Shown piece after piece: positions 29,015-37,454 of a stretch of 64,000 bases of DNA; within the stretch, counting starts at the first letter, position 1, and every line of letters starts with the position of its first letter. This DNA comes from a virus. The translations under genes and the position numbers were made by a program. A model generated the notes under the pieces. It did no database searches. It saw only the letters and a list, made by a program, of their open reading frames with translations, and had not been told where the DNA came from. The stretch is from positions 46,871-110,870 of the IMG/VR virus record IMGVR_UViG_3300044724_004793. One strand, written 5' to 3'.

Positions 29015-29442
29015 TGCGTTTAATATCACACCGTGGAAATACATTTGGCATTAATCGCAAGGATGAAAATCATCCTGATTATATCCTAGCAGCACTTGAG
29101 CAAGGGTATGACTGCGAAATAGATTTATGGCTAATTGATAACAAATTTTATTTAGGCCATGATCAACCCCAGTATCTATTAGAGCAATGGAGTTTCCTAA
29201 AAGATAATAGACTCTGGTGTCACGCAAAAAACTATGATGCGCTTCGAGCATTGTTAAATATGGGTGTACATTGTTTTTGGCATCAAGAAGATGACTACAC
29301 TGTAACAAGTCAAGGATGGATTTGGGCATACCCAAATAAGCCAGGAAGTAAAAGAACTATAGCAGTAATGCCTGAACTACACAATACTGACGTTGCAGGA
29401 TTTGCAGGTGTATGTTCAGACTATGTGAGTAATTATGATTAA
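29014..29442 (+). CDS. Glycerophosphodiester phosphodiesterase-like protein
   Basis: ISHRGN, EN, CEIDLW, LGHD, WCHAKN, GVCSD. Confidence 0.75.
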   Translation: MRLISHRGNTFGINRKDENHPDYILAALEQGYDCEIDLWLIDNKFYLGHDQPQYLLEQWSFLKDNRLWCHAKNYDALRALLNMGVHCFWHQEDDYTVTSQGWIWAYPNKPGSKRTIAVMPELHNTDVAGFAGVCSDYVSNYD

Positions 29443-30805
29443 ACTAGTTGTATTTGATTTAGATGGCGTGCTAATAGACAGCAAGCAAACGCACTATGAG
29501 GCACTTAATCGTGCACTAGGCAGTGAGTACGCAATCTCCATTGAGGAACATTTAAGTACGTATGACGGATTGCCTACCCGCACTAAATTAAATATGCTAA
29601 CACAAAGTAAAGGGCTACCCACGGATAGGCATGCTGAAATTGCAAGAGCTAAACAGGGTGCAACTGTGGACATACTAAAAGAAACTGTACAACCACGTGC
29701 CGACTTTATTGATATGTGTCGTGAACTAAAAGATAGAGGCTATATCCTAGCATGTGCTAGCAATGCTGTTCGGGATACTGTTAAGATGAGCTTGCTACAG
29801 TTAGAACTCATAGAGTACTTTGACTTTTGGTACAGTAATGAGGACGTGACAAAACCCAAACCTCACTTTGAAATGTACTTTGAGTGCATGCTCAAAGCAG
29901 ACGCAAAGCCTAGCGAAACATTAATCGTCGAGGACAGTCATATTGGTAGACAGGCTGTACTAGATGCTGGATGTCATTTACTAGCAGTAACAGATCCATA
30001 TGATGTAAGCCTAGGAAAAGTTTTAGACAAAATACAAGAAATAGGTGATGCGCCTAAACATAACATACCCTGGAAGAGTAAGAAAATGAACGTACTAATA
30101 CCCATGGCAGGAGCAGGAAGTCGCTTTCAAGAAGCAGGCTATACATTCCCAAAACCACTTATTGAGGTTGGCAACAAGCCAATGATACAGGTTGTTACAG
30201 AGAATCTTAATATTGACGCACAACACATTTTTATTGTACAAAAAGAGCATTATCAGCAATATAATCTAGAAACAGTGTTGCATTTAATTAGTCCAGGCTG
30301 TATAATAGTACAAGTAGATGGAGTAACAGAAGGTGCCGCTTGCACTACACTGCTAGCCAGAGAGCATATTGATAATGATGATGCACTGGTAATTGCTAAC
30401 AGTGATCAGTTCGTAGAGTGGAACAGTAATGAAGTTCTGTACGCATTTACTACAGAAGGAGTTGACGGTGGTATACTTACATTTGAAAGCACTCATCCAA
30501 AATGGAGTTACGCAAGCGTCGACGATGATGGTTGGGTTGACAGGGTTGCTGAAAAGGATCCTATCAGTACACATGCTACAGTGGGAATCTATTATTATGC
30601 TAGGGGTAGTGATTACGTTAGCAGTGCTGATGCGATGATTGAAAAAGATATACGCACTAACAATGAATTTTATGTTTGTCCAGTGTATAATCAGTTTATT
30701 AAATCAGGTGGCAAAGTACGTATTAAGAACACGGAACGTATGTGGGGACTGGGTACGCCAGAGGACTTGCAAAATTTTCTGCAAAATTATCAAGGAGCAT
30801 ATTAA
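29435..30805 (+). CDS. HAD-family phosphatase fused to sugar-phosphate nucleotidyltransferase
   Basis: FDLDGVL, KPKPH, VEDS (HAD); IPMAGAGSRF...PKPLI, EK, GLGTPEDL (NTP transferase). Confidence 0.85.
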   Translation: MIKLVVFDLDGVLIDSKQTHYEALNRALGSEYAISIEEHLSTYDGLPTRTKLNMLTQSKGLPTDRHAEIARAKQGATVDILKETVQPRADFIDMCRELKDRGYILACASNAVRDTVKMSLLQLELIEYFDFWYSNEDVTKPKPHFEMYFECMLKADAKPSETLIVEDSHIGRQAVLDAGCHLLAVTDPYDVSLGKVLDKIQEIGDAPKHNIPWKSKKMNVLIPMAGAGSRFQEAGYTFPKPLIEVGNKPMIQVVTENLNIDAQHIFIVQKEHYQQYNLETVLHLISPGCIIVQVDGVTEGAACTTLLAREHIDNDDALVIANSDQFVEWNSNEVLYAFTTEGVDGGILTFESTHPKWSYASVDDDGWVDRVAEKDPISTHATVGIYYYARGSDYVSSADAMIEKDIRTNNEFYVCPVYNQFIKSGGKVRIKNTERMWGLGTPEDLQNFLQNYQGAY

Positions 30806-30807
30806 GG

Positions 30808-31572
30808 ATGGAAGCAGTACTAGTTACGGGCGGATTTGACCCCCTTCATAGTGGACACATTAGTTATTTAGAATCAGCTAGTAAGTTGGGTGATTGGTTA
30901 GTGGTAGGTATTAACAGCGATGCCTGGCTAAAACGCAAGAAAGGCAGACATTTTATGCCATTCAAAGAACGATGTGCAATTATTAAAAGTTTGCGATGCG
31001 TTGATGAAATTATTGAATTTGACGATAGTGATGACACAGCATGTGATGCTATTGCGAAAGTTATGTATACTCATAATAGATGTATATTTGCTAATGGTGG
31101 TGACAGAACAGATGATAATATTCCAGAGCAACGCCTAGAACAATCCAATCTTAAATTTGTATTTGGCGTTGGTGGCGATAATAAAGCAAATAGTAGCAGC
31201 TGGATTTTAGAAGATTGGAAAGCCCCTAAAACTCAAAGAAAATGGGGGTATTACCGTGTTTTGTACGAGTATGGTAGTCATACAAAACTAAAAGAATTAG
31301 CTGTTGAGCCCGGCCAACAGCTAAGTATGCAGCGACACAAAGATCGAGCAGAGTTTTGGTTTGTTGGTGAAGGCGAAGCAACAGTTTATACCATAAATGT
31401 TGGTAGTGATCCAGAACTTCGTGGAAAATATACCCAACACCAAAGTTTACAAATACCTAAAACTGAATGGCATATGTTAGCAAACGAAACTGACAAACCA
31501 CTCAAATTAATAGAAATTCAATACGGAGATAACTGTATTGAGAATGACATCGAAAGGAAAAAACATGTCTGA
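30808..31572 (+). CDS. Cytidylyltransferase-like (RfaE/TagD) domain fused to mannose-6-phosphate isomerase type II cupin
   Basis: TGGFDPLHSGH, NSDAWL.RKKG, ANGGDR, SSS; WGYY..L, LSMQRH..RAEFW, WH.LAN, IEIQYG. Confidence 0.85.
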   Translation: MEAVLVTGGFDPLHSGHISYLESASKLGDWLVVGINSDAWLKRKKGRHFMPFKERCAIIKSLRCVDEIIEFDDSDDTACDAIAKVMYTHNRCIFANGGDRTDDNIPEQRLEQSNLKFVFGVGGDNKANSSSWILEDWKAPKTQRKWGYYRVLYEYGSHTKLKELAVEPGQQLSMQRHKDRAEFWFVGEGEATVYTINVGSDPELRGKYTQHQSLQIPKTEWHMLANETDKPLKLIEIQYGDNCIENDIERKKHV

Positions 31573-31744
31573 ACATCATAACACAATCCTAGAACAAATT
31601 GAAGTATATATCAAAGAGCATACCGCTTTTGAAGAAAAGGGTGTAAAAGCAGCCGCAGCTCGCGCACGTAAGGCACTTGGTGAGATTGGTAAGTTAACTA
31701 AAGCTCGTCGTGCTGAAATTCAAGACAAAAAGAACGCCATGTAA
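31565..31744 (+). CDS. Histone H1/Hc1-like small basic protein
   Basis: EKGVKAAAARARKALGEIGKLTKARRAEIQ. Confidence 0.6.
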   Translation: MSEHHNTILEQIEVYIKEHTAFEEKGVKAAAARARKALGEIGKLTKARRAEIQDKKNAM

Positions 31745-31905
31745 TGTGGGGTATCTGGTGCAAGGCAATTGGTAGTAAGGCCTATCAAGATGATAATAGA
31801 AAAGCTGATAGAGTAGCACTCATACGCACCGGGTGGGTGCTACTCCACATTATTACATGTTTTGCAATTATTCTTAATACTTGCAGATCATACGAGGTAC
31901 TATAA
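31744..31905 (+). CDS. Small membrane protein (53 aa), not in the ORF track
   Basis: TAATG overlaps at both ends; MWGIWCKAIGSKA...ALIRTGWVLLHIITCFAIILN. Confidence 0.65.
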   Translation: MWGIWCKAIGSKAYQDDNRKADRVALIRTGWVLLHIITCFAIILNTCRSYEVL

Positions 31906-32273
31906 TGAAACAAGGAAAAGTATGGGGTCAAACAGAATTGATCCACGCTAACGGTGTATTAGAATTTCATCGTATTGAAACCAAAGCTGGTGGTGTTTGC
32001 AGTAAGCACAAGCATGAATTTAAATGGAATGGTTTTTTTGTTGAATCAGGTAGACTTCTTATACGTGCATGGAAGAATGATTATGAATTAACTGATGAGA
32101 CGATATTAGAAGCAGGTGACTTTACACAAATTAAACCTGGTGAGTTTCATCAATTTGAAGCACTTGAAGACAGCGTAGCATTTGAGTTATACTGGGCCGA
32201 GTTTAATCATAATGATATTCAACGTGAAACTGTTGGTCATAGTGGAATGTCAAAACAAGCACTAATGGAATAG
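31905..32273 (+). CDS. Cupin (sugar isomerase-like)
   Basis: KVWG, CSKHKH, FFVESG, PGEFHQF. Confidence 0.7.
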   Translation: MKQGKVWGQTELIHANGVLEFHRIETKAGGVCSKHKHEFKWNGFFVESGRLLIRAWKNDYELTDETILEAGDFTQIKPGEFHQFEALEDSVAFELYWAEFNHNDIQRETVGHSGMSKQALME

Positions 32274-32276
32274 CTT

Positions 32277-32462
32277 ATGACATTAATTATAGAATTAGCT
32301 TTTTTAGTCGGATTTACCATGAGTATTGATGCAACACAGATGTATGGTATTGATAGTATAAAAGACTGTAATCGTATGTTACCCATGGTTATCCTAGATT
32401 ATAAAGCAGATAGCGGAACCTGCATAACTGGTGATATTACCGAAAACCCGTCAGAAGCATAA
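32277..32462 (+). CDS. Hypothetical protein
   Basis: ORF track; coupled to the next gene. Confidence 0.45.
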   Translation: MTLIIELAFLVGFTMSIDATQMYGIDSIKDCNRMLPMVILDYKADSGTCITGDITENPSEA

Positions 32463-33214
32463 TGTTAGATGTAGCATGCGTTTGTGCGGGATCTAAATAC
32501 AGTCCCGAAGTTCATGTTAATCAACTCTACCTAGCAATAAAGCAACACTTGGGTGTTCCGTTTAGGTTTAATATAATAACAGACCAACCGGAACATCCGT
32601 ATTTTGCGACCATAGACTGCAGGACCATACAGGTACCAGATATTGAACTGGGTAGCTATAAGCTGTGGTGGTACAAGACCTACTTGTTTAGCGAACATTT
32701 TACAGATCAAGTTTTATATTTTGATCTTGATGTGGTTATATTAAATAATCTAGATAAATTTGTTAACCACTCACCAACAAAATTCTGTATATGCCAAGAT
32801 TTTAACCGCAAATGGATACCCACATATCACGTAAGTAACAGTAGTGTAATGAGCTGGCATGCTCCTACATACTACAATATCTGGGATAATTTTTATAAAA
32901 ATACTGAATCTATTATTCGTAAATTTACAGGGGATCAAGATTACATAACTGACTATTTTAAAGACAGAGATGATCGAGTTTGGTGGCCTGATTCTTGGGC
33001 AATGAGCTTCAAGTGGGAAATATTCAGAGGAGGCCTATTACACGCTGGTACTGGATTAACTAGTGATGGGAAATGGCCCGCTGGTAAGGAATTATATACT
33101 TATCCAGATCAACCCTGGATAGTTCCTGAAGAGTGTAGTGTAGTTGTGTTCCATGGTCAGCCTGATCCTTGGTGTACAGACTTTGGTAAACAGCATCTAA
33201 TTCCAGATATTTAA
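32462..33214 (+). CDS. Glycosyltransferase (GT-A)
   Basis: WWYK, YFDLDVV, NSSVM, GDQDYI, VFHGQPDPW. Confidence 0.75.
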   Translation: MLDVACVCAGSKYSPEVHVNQLYLAIKQHLGVPFRFNIITDQPEHPYFATIDCRTIQVPDIELGSYKLWWYKTYLFSEHFTDQVLYFDLDVVILNNLDKFVNHSPTKFCICQDFNRKWIPTYHVSNSSVMSWHAPTYYNIWDNFYKNTESIIRKFTGDQDYITDYFKDRDDRVWWPDSWAMSFKWEIFRGGLLHAGTGLTSDGKWPAGKELYTYPDQPWIVPEECSVVVFHGQPDPWCTDFGKQHLIPDI

Positions 33215-34192
33215 TAGTTGTTTTCTAAACAAGTGTACCTGTTTATTACCAAACTCTTCTAGGAAAAAATTCCTGTTATAGTCTATAATATCTCTGTGTA
33301 GCATGTATAACTCATGCATATCGCTACTACTTAATTTAACATCAAACCATGCTAAATTATCAAAGATCATATCATCAATACGAGTTGGTTCCTTTACTTC
33401 ATCGTAAAATTCATTAAACAAACTATCCCAGGTTTTAAAACCTAGATTCTGCATCTGTTGTATTGCTCCCTGGTGGGCACATAGCATAAACGGATGACCT
33501 GCTACAATAGCATTAAATGTTTTCTCTGTAATAATACCATACTGTTCTGCAAATTGGGTTTCAGCCACCACGCTAAAAAAGCTGGTGTTAAATGCTCCTT
33601 TGAGACTGAGTAAATTTGCTAGATTATCATATTGCTTATCGTAGGTTGCAAAATCCAATCCTGGCAGGTCTAACTCATATCCGGCACTCTGCAAACTGCA
33701 ATTGCCTGTTTTAAAACTAGACAATCTATCGTATAGTATCTGCCTGTGTGGCTTCTTAATTCGATTCATGCACACAAAGTTATGTTTAAAATCCTTGTTA
33801 TCAATGCCGAATGCATCACGTAGTACATCTTGTTCTTTATTATACCCGGCCCAGGTTTGGTATTGGTGTGTACTGAATTCCACCACATGGAAACTTTCAT
33901 CTGGCCAATTATCTGCAATGCCCTGTGGCCACACAACCACTATAATACGATCCAATGGTGCCCAATTTTGATAATAATTGTGTATTTGTTTAAGTTCATT
34001 AGGCATTTTGCCCCAGCCGCCTATAAGCATGTCCTGTAGGTTAAGTATTAACCAAAAGTCAGGTTCATTAAAGCGACACTCGTCCTCGCCAGGCATCTCT
34101 ACTTCCCAACCAGATGGTGTAATTGGAAATTTAAGAGCAGCATCTAAAATTATGCTGTTGGGGAAGAATTGCTGAATAGTTTCTGTGAACAT
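33197..34192 (-). CDS. Putative glycosyltransferase-like protein ('ET...TEKT' family)
   Basis: CMNR..KPHR, FSVVAET, ITEKTFNAI..GHPFM, GFKT; start moved to ATG 34192. Confidence 0.5.
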   Translation of the reverse strand: MFTETIQQFFPNSIILDAALKFPITPSGWEVEMPGEDECRFNEPDFWLILNLQDMLIGGWGKMPNELKQIHNYYQNWAPLDRIIVVVWPQGIADNWPDESFHVVEFSTHQYQTWAGYNKEQDVLRDAFGIDNKDFKHNFVCMNRIKKPHRQILYDRLSSFKTGNCSLQSAGYELDLPGLDFATYDKQYDNLANLLSLKGAFNTSFFSVVAETQFAEQYGIITEKTFNAIVAGHPFMLCAHQGAIQQMQNLGFKTWDSLFNEFYDEVKEPTRIDDMIFDNLAWFDVKLSSSDMHELYMLHRDIIDYNRNFFLEEFGNKQVHLFRKQLLNIWN

Positions 34193-34194
34193 GA

Positions 34195-34231
34195 AAGCCC
34201 TGCTAATACAATACTTAGCAGGGCTTATTTT
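34195..34231. terminator. Hairpin closing the leftward early operon; contains TAAGTA on the minus strand
   Basis: AAGCCCTGCTAA-tacaatac-TTAGCAGGGCTT. Confidence 0.65.
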
Positions 34232-34355
34232 AGTTGGAATATTTCCGCATAAGAGCACGTAGTACTATGGTCCAGTATTGCATACCCCACTCGCTATCTG
34301 ACTGTTTACATCGCTCGTATGCAGTTAGCGCATTGTCAATTAGCTTATCTTGCAT
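34230..34355 (-). CDS. Small hypothetical protein (41 aa), not in the ORF track
   Basis: MQDKLIDNALTAYERCKQSDSEWGMQYWTIVLRALMRKYSN; TAATG coupling to the upstream gene. Confidence 0.6.
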   Translation of the reverse strand: MQDKLIDNALTAYERCKQSDSEWGMQYWTIVLRALMRKYSN

Positions 34356-34723
34356 TATCGACACTTGGTCAGAGGCTCATATGGGCTACTTGGGTTGCTC
34401 ATATCTTTACTGATCCATTTGTTTGGCTCAACAGCAAGACTGCCGCATCTTGCACTACCTTCCAAACCAGTGAAAGGCGTCCAATCAGCAGTGTCATCTT
34501 TTTGCATCTTATCCTGAAGTTCTTTAATCATGTTTTTAAAATCTTTGAAAAAACTTCCAAAGTTTTCACTAGCATTTGACGAGTAGCTACACACGACACT
34601 GATATCTTTGCTATTCTGTTGTAAAACAACATCGCGGGCACTAGTACACTCTGTCATAGTGCCAAAAGTTGCCTGGCTAAGGATAGTGCCAGCCATATAG
34701 GTAGTCATTAGTACCGAGTTCAT
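34355..34723 (-). CDS. Hypothetical protein
   Basis: AGGAG RBS; ORF track. Confidence 0.55.
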   Translation of the reverse strand: MNSVLMTTYMAGTILSQATFGTMTECTSARDVVLQQNSKDISVVCSYSSNASENFGSFFKDFKNMIKELQDKMQKDDTADWTPFTGLEGSARCGSLAVEPNKWISKDMSNPSSPYEPLTKCR

Positions 34724-34732
34724 TACGTTCTC

Positions 34733-34882
34733 CTAGCTTATAAAATAATAGGCTAGACTAGCAATGGCAACTACATGCCAGAACTTCCAGCCTATCCTTA
34801 AAAGGGCACCCACTGTCATAAAAAAAGCGCCCACAACTACACCAACAAGTATAGCATTGAGTAGTATGTCTAAATTTTCCAT
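34733..34882 (-). CDS. Small membrane protein
   Basis: Two hydrophobic helices; TATAAGTA 5 nt upstream of ATG 34882. Confidence 0.6.
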   Translation of the reverse strand: MENLDILLNAILVGVVVGAFFMTVGALLRIGWKFWHVVAIASLAYYFIS

Positions 34883-34890
34883 AAAAATAC

Positions 34891-35070
34891 TTATACTCCT
34901 GTTACTTTGTAGCACCTGTTTGTTTCTCGCTTCCACACCTTATGTGCTTCAATAGTGCTATTCTTCATAGCAAGTGGACTACGTTCGATAAACGTTATCA
35001 GTTCGTCGAACGTTATTCCAAGAAATTCACAGTCCTTCTTAAGGATTGTTGTTGCTCCTTTAAGTCGCAT
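34891..35070 (-). CDS. Small hypothetical protein (59 aa), not in the ORF track
   Basis: GGAGG RBS, TAATG coupling; MRLKGATTILKKDCEFLGITFDELITFIERSPLA... Confidence 0.6.
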   Translation of the reverse strand: MRLKGATTILKKDCEFLGITFDELITFIERSPLAMKNSTIEAHKVWKRETNRCYKVTGV

Positions 35071-35414
35071 TAGAATACCTCCTGAAAACCAAAACTAGCA
35101 ACTACATGCTTATCACCGTTCTCAGCAATAACTAAGTCACCAACGCTAACACTGCTCATCTGCGCCAAACGCTCGATGTTCTCCTCAGGACCCATGTTAC
35201 CTGTATGGAACACACCCTCGAGGCTATCAGCAGTAATGTTAGCAACATGATCATAAAAGCCCTGACCATACATGCGGCTAGCAATTCCACCAGCATCTTC
35301 GCTAAAGGACATCTTCAACTTCATTGCATGACGCTCTACAGCATCGTGCCCTTCGGCGTTGATCCGATCTACTTCAGCGTCTGTAAGTTGCACTTGGTGA
35401 ATTTGATATTTCAT
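35070..35414 (-). CDS. Hypothetical early protein (YodL-like)
   Basis: LEGVFH.GN...SSVSVGDLVI...VASFGF. Confidence 0.55.
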   Translation of the reverse strand: MKYQIHQVQLTDAEVDRINAEGHDAVERHAMKLKMSFSEDAGGIASRMYGQGFYDHVANITADSLEGVFHTGNMGPEENIERLAQMSSVSVGDLVIAENGDKHVVASFGFQEVF

Positions 35415-35417
35415 AGC

Positions 35418-35555
35418 CTATACCTCCCAGTACATCTTAGTGATAGGGCACCATTTAACTTCGATATCCGTACCCTTAACAGTCATCTTATCAGACGTTA
35501 GGGATAGTGACATGATCGTGTCCCAAGCAAAGGTCTTCTTCTCTTTAGTCGTCAT
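35418..35555 (-). CDS. Small hypothetical early protein (45 aa), not in the ORF track
   Basis: GGAG RBS directly after an early promoter; MTTKEKKTFAWDTIMSL...WEV. Confidence 0.55.
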   Translation of the reverse strand: MTTKEKKTFAWDTIMSLSLTSDKMTVKGTDIEVKWCPITKMYWEV

Positions 35556-35586
35556 ATCAATCTCTCCGTGTTTTCTAACTATAACC

Positions 35587-35614
35587 ATAATAGCACAGAT
35601 ACAAGGTTTGTCTA
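35587..35614 (-). promoter_or_regulatory. Early promoter TAGACA-16-TATTAT (extended TGTGC)
   Basis: Same motif as neighbouring promoters; divergent from 35659. Confidence 0.7.
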
Positions 35615-35658
35615 CCAGAAATAAAATGTAAAAAAGTGCATTTTTTTGGTAGAATTGG

Positions 35659-35686
35659 TAGACTACCCTGGTATCTGTGCTAATAT
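35659..35686 (+). promoter_or_regulatory. Early promoter TAGACT-16-TAATAT (extended TGTGC)
   Basis: Shares GTATCTGTGCTA with the divergent promoter. Confidence 0.7.
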
Positions 35687-35716
35687 GAAGTATAAGTTGA
35701 AATTGAGGAGAAAACG

Positions 35717-36001
35717 ATGATTAGTGTAATGGAAAACGTTAAAGCAGACATCAGCAAAATGTCCAACGAGCAGTTGAATGAGGTTGCCGCAAGCATTAAC
35801 ATGCGCCGCCAGCGTTTAACCAAGCAGGCTATCCGTAGCGTTATTCCTGGTGATATTGTCAGCTTTGAGACCCGTAACGGCCAGGTAACTGGTAAAGTGC
35901 GCAAGGTCAACCGCAAGACTGTCACAGTTGGTGAATCAAACAGCATCCGCAGCTGGAGGGTACCAGCTAATATGCTCACTAAATTGGGCATTGGGGGTTA
36001 A
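35717..36001 (+). CDS. Hypothetical early protein (SH3-like beta barrel)
   Basis: GAGGAG RBS; GDIVSF...GKVRKVNRKTVTV...WRVP. Confidence 0.6.
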   Translation: MISVMENVKADISKMSNEQLNEVAASINMRRQRLTKQAIRSVIPGDIVSFETRNGQVTGKVRKVNRKTVTVGESNSIRSWRVPANMLTKLGIGG

Positions 36002-36017
36002 TATCCGGCAGAACCGG

Positions 36018-36045
36018 TAGACACCCTGCCCAGACGTGTTATTAT
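36018..36045 (+). promoter_or_regulatory. Early promoter TAGACA-16-TATTAT
   Basis: Motif read directly. Confidence 0.65.
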
Positions 36046-36080
36046 AAGTTATTGTTAGAAACAAAGATAAGGGCCAGAAC

Positions 36081-36494
36081 ATGTATACATTTAGCGAAGA
36101 ACTGCTTTCAGATCTGCATAAAGATGCCCGAGGCTTCCGCCCCAGGTCAGATGCGTTCTGGACCGACTGGGCTGATGCTGACGACCAGGGCAAACAAGCC
36201 ATATGGGACGGTCTCATCCAGGAGATGGAGATTGCGGATCAGGAGGAACGGGAGAGTGAACAGCAGAGCATTGCTGAATTTGAGGAGGTGGTCCAAGAAT
36301 ACATCAGTTTGGGTGCACAGGATCGTTCAACTGCCCTCCGCTGGTTAATCCGGGATGACATGTTCGAGCCTCGTTTTTATCATAAACAGGACATTGAGCA
36401 CTGGGTTTACGATCAGGGTTTCCTGTTCACGGATGCGGGCCGGGCTCTAGTAGCAGAGCTGGAAGCAATCATCACTTATGAGCTGGCAGCATAA
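36081..36494 (+). CDS. Hypothetical early protein
   Basis: SDLHKDARGFRPR motif; downstream of an early promoter. Confidence 0.6.
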   Translation: MYTFSEELLSDLHKDARGFRPRSDAFWTDWADADDQGKQAIWDGLIQEMEIADQEERESEQQSIAEFEEVVQEYISLGAQDRSTALRWLIRDDMFEPRFYHKQDIEHWVYDQGFLFTDAGRALVAELEAIITYELAA

Positions 36495-37043
36495 ATGGTT
36501 GACAGAATTACGATGAACAAGGGTGTTGCTCTTGGATACGGTAATCTAGACGATCTAGAGCTCGTTGGCCGCGCCCATGGGTACGATATTTACGTTGATC
36601 GAGAAAACCGATACCAGAACACGGTGTGGGTATATGACCGCAATGTGATCAAACGGGTCCGTCGTTCAGCAACATTCGATGATGGTAAGATGGAAACTCG
36701 CTTTCGTATTGTTGCGAAGGTAGAACTGAGTAAAGATCGTGGCGCCTGGCACGTTGATCTCCTGAACGTCGATAGTCGGTACAAGGGTAATAACCTTGCC
36801 ATCAAGATTTACAAGTTCCTCATGAAGAAGATGGACATCACGCTCATGGCTGGTCACTCGCAGTCTGCTGGTGGACGGTATGTCTGGAACAAACTGTCCA
36901 AAACACCCGGCGTTGTGGTCTATGCCAAGAAGTCACCCTATTCCAAGTTCATTGACTTCCCCAAGTCTGGAAAGCGTGAGTTGGTCTCCAAGAAGTTCGA
37001 CCTCTACGGTAGTGACGCAGAAATATTTGCGGTTGCTGCATAA
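36495..37043 (+). CDS. GNAT-fold acetyltransferase-like protein
   Basis: VDSRYKGNNLAIKIY...QSAGGRYVWNKL. Confidence 0.55.
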   Translation: MVDRITMNKGVALGYGNLDDLELVGRAHGYDIYVDRENRYQNTVWVYDRNVIKRVRRSATFDDGKMETRFRIVAKVELSKDRGAWHVDLLNVDSRYKGNNLAIKIYKFLMKKMDITLMAGHSQSAGGRYVWNKLSKTPGVVVYAKKSPYSKFIDFPKSGKRELVSKKFDLYGSDAEIFAVAA

Positions 37044-37049
37044 TAGGGG

Positions 37050-37078
37050 TTGACAGATTCTTTTTTGTGTGGTAATAT
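37050..37078 (+). promoter_or_regulatory. Early promoter TTGACA-17-TAATAT
   Basis: Motif read directly. Confidence 0.7.
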
Positions 37079-37114
37079 AGGATATAAGATGAGAAAACAA
37101 CGAAAGGATATATT

Positions 37115-37327
37115 ATGACTATGACACAACGTGAAAAGATTGAGAAGTACGAGACTATTCTCAAACATGCAATGTCTGAAAAGACTGGTGTGTTCTTTAT
37201 CTGTGGAGAAGCAGGCGAGAAGGACAGCATGGGTTTACCTGAGAAGATTATGGTTTGCCCAGCATATGGACTAGATGGGTTTGCTGTTTATAAGAAGGAC
37301 AGAGACTACGATGCACCAGGGTATTGA
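37115..37327 (+). CDS. Hypothetical early protein
   Basis: AAGGA RBS; FFICGE...LPEKIMVCPAYG. Confidence 0.6.
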   Translation: MTMTQREKIEKYETILKHAMSEKTGVFFICGEAGEKDSMGLPEKIMVCPAYGLDGFAVYKKDRDYDAPGY

Positions 37328-37389
37328 AGCAATAAGGAAAGAAACTATTCGCTGTTGCGGCCTAACATCGGGAATAATTTTAGAAACGG

Positions 37390-37417
37390 TTGACTAATAC
37401 TAGACATGTGCTAATAT
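37390..37417 (+). promoter_or_regulatory. Early promoter TTGACT-16-TAATAT (extended TGTGC)
   Basis: Motif read directly. Confidence 0.7.
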
Positions 37418-37454
37418 GAATTATAAGTTAAACATTGTTGAGGAGCAAAAAAAT

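Noticed and set aside
12885-34192. Phosphonate or DNA-hypermodification pathway
   Set aside because: No PEP mutase, hydroxymethylase or queuosine/deazaguanine genes are visible in this window.
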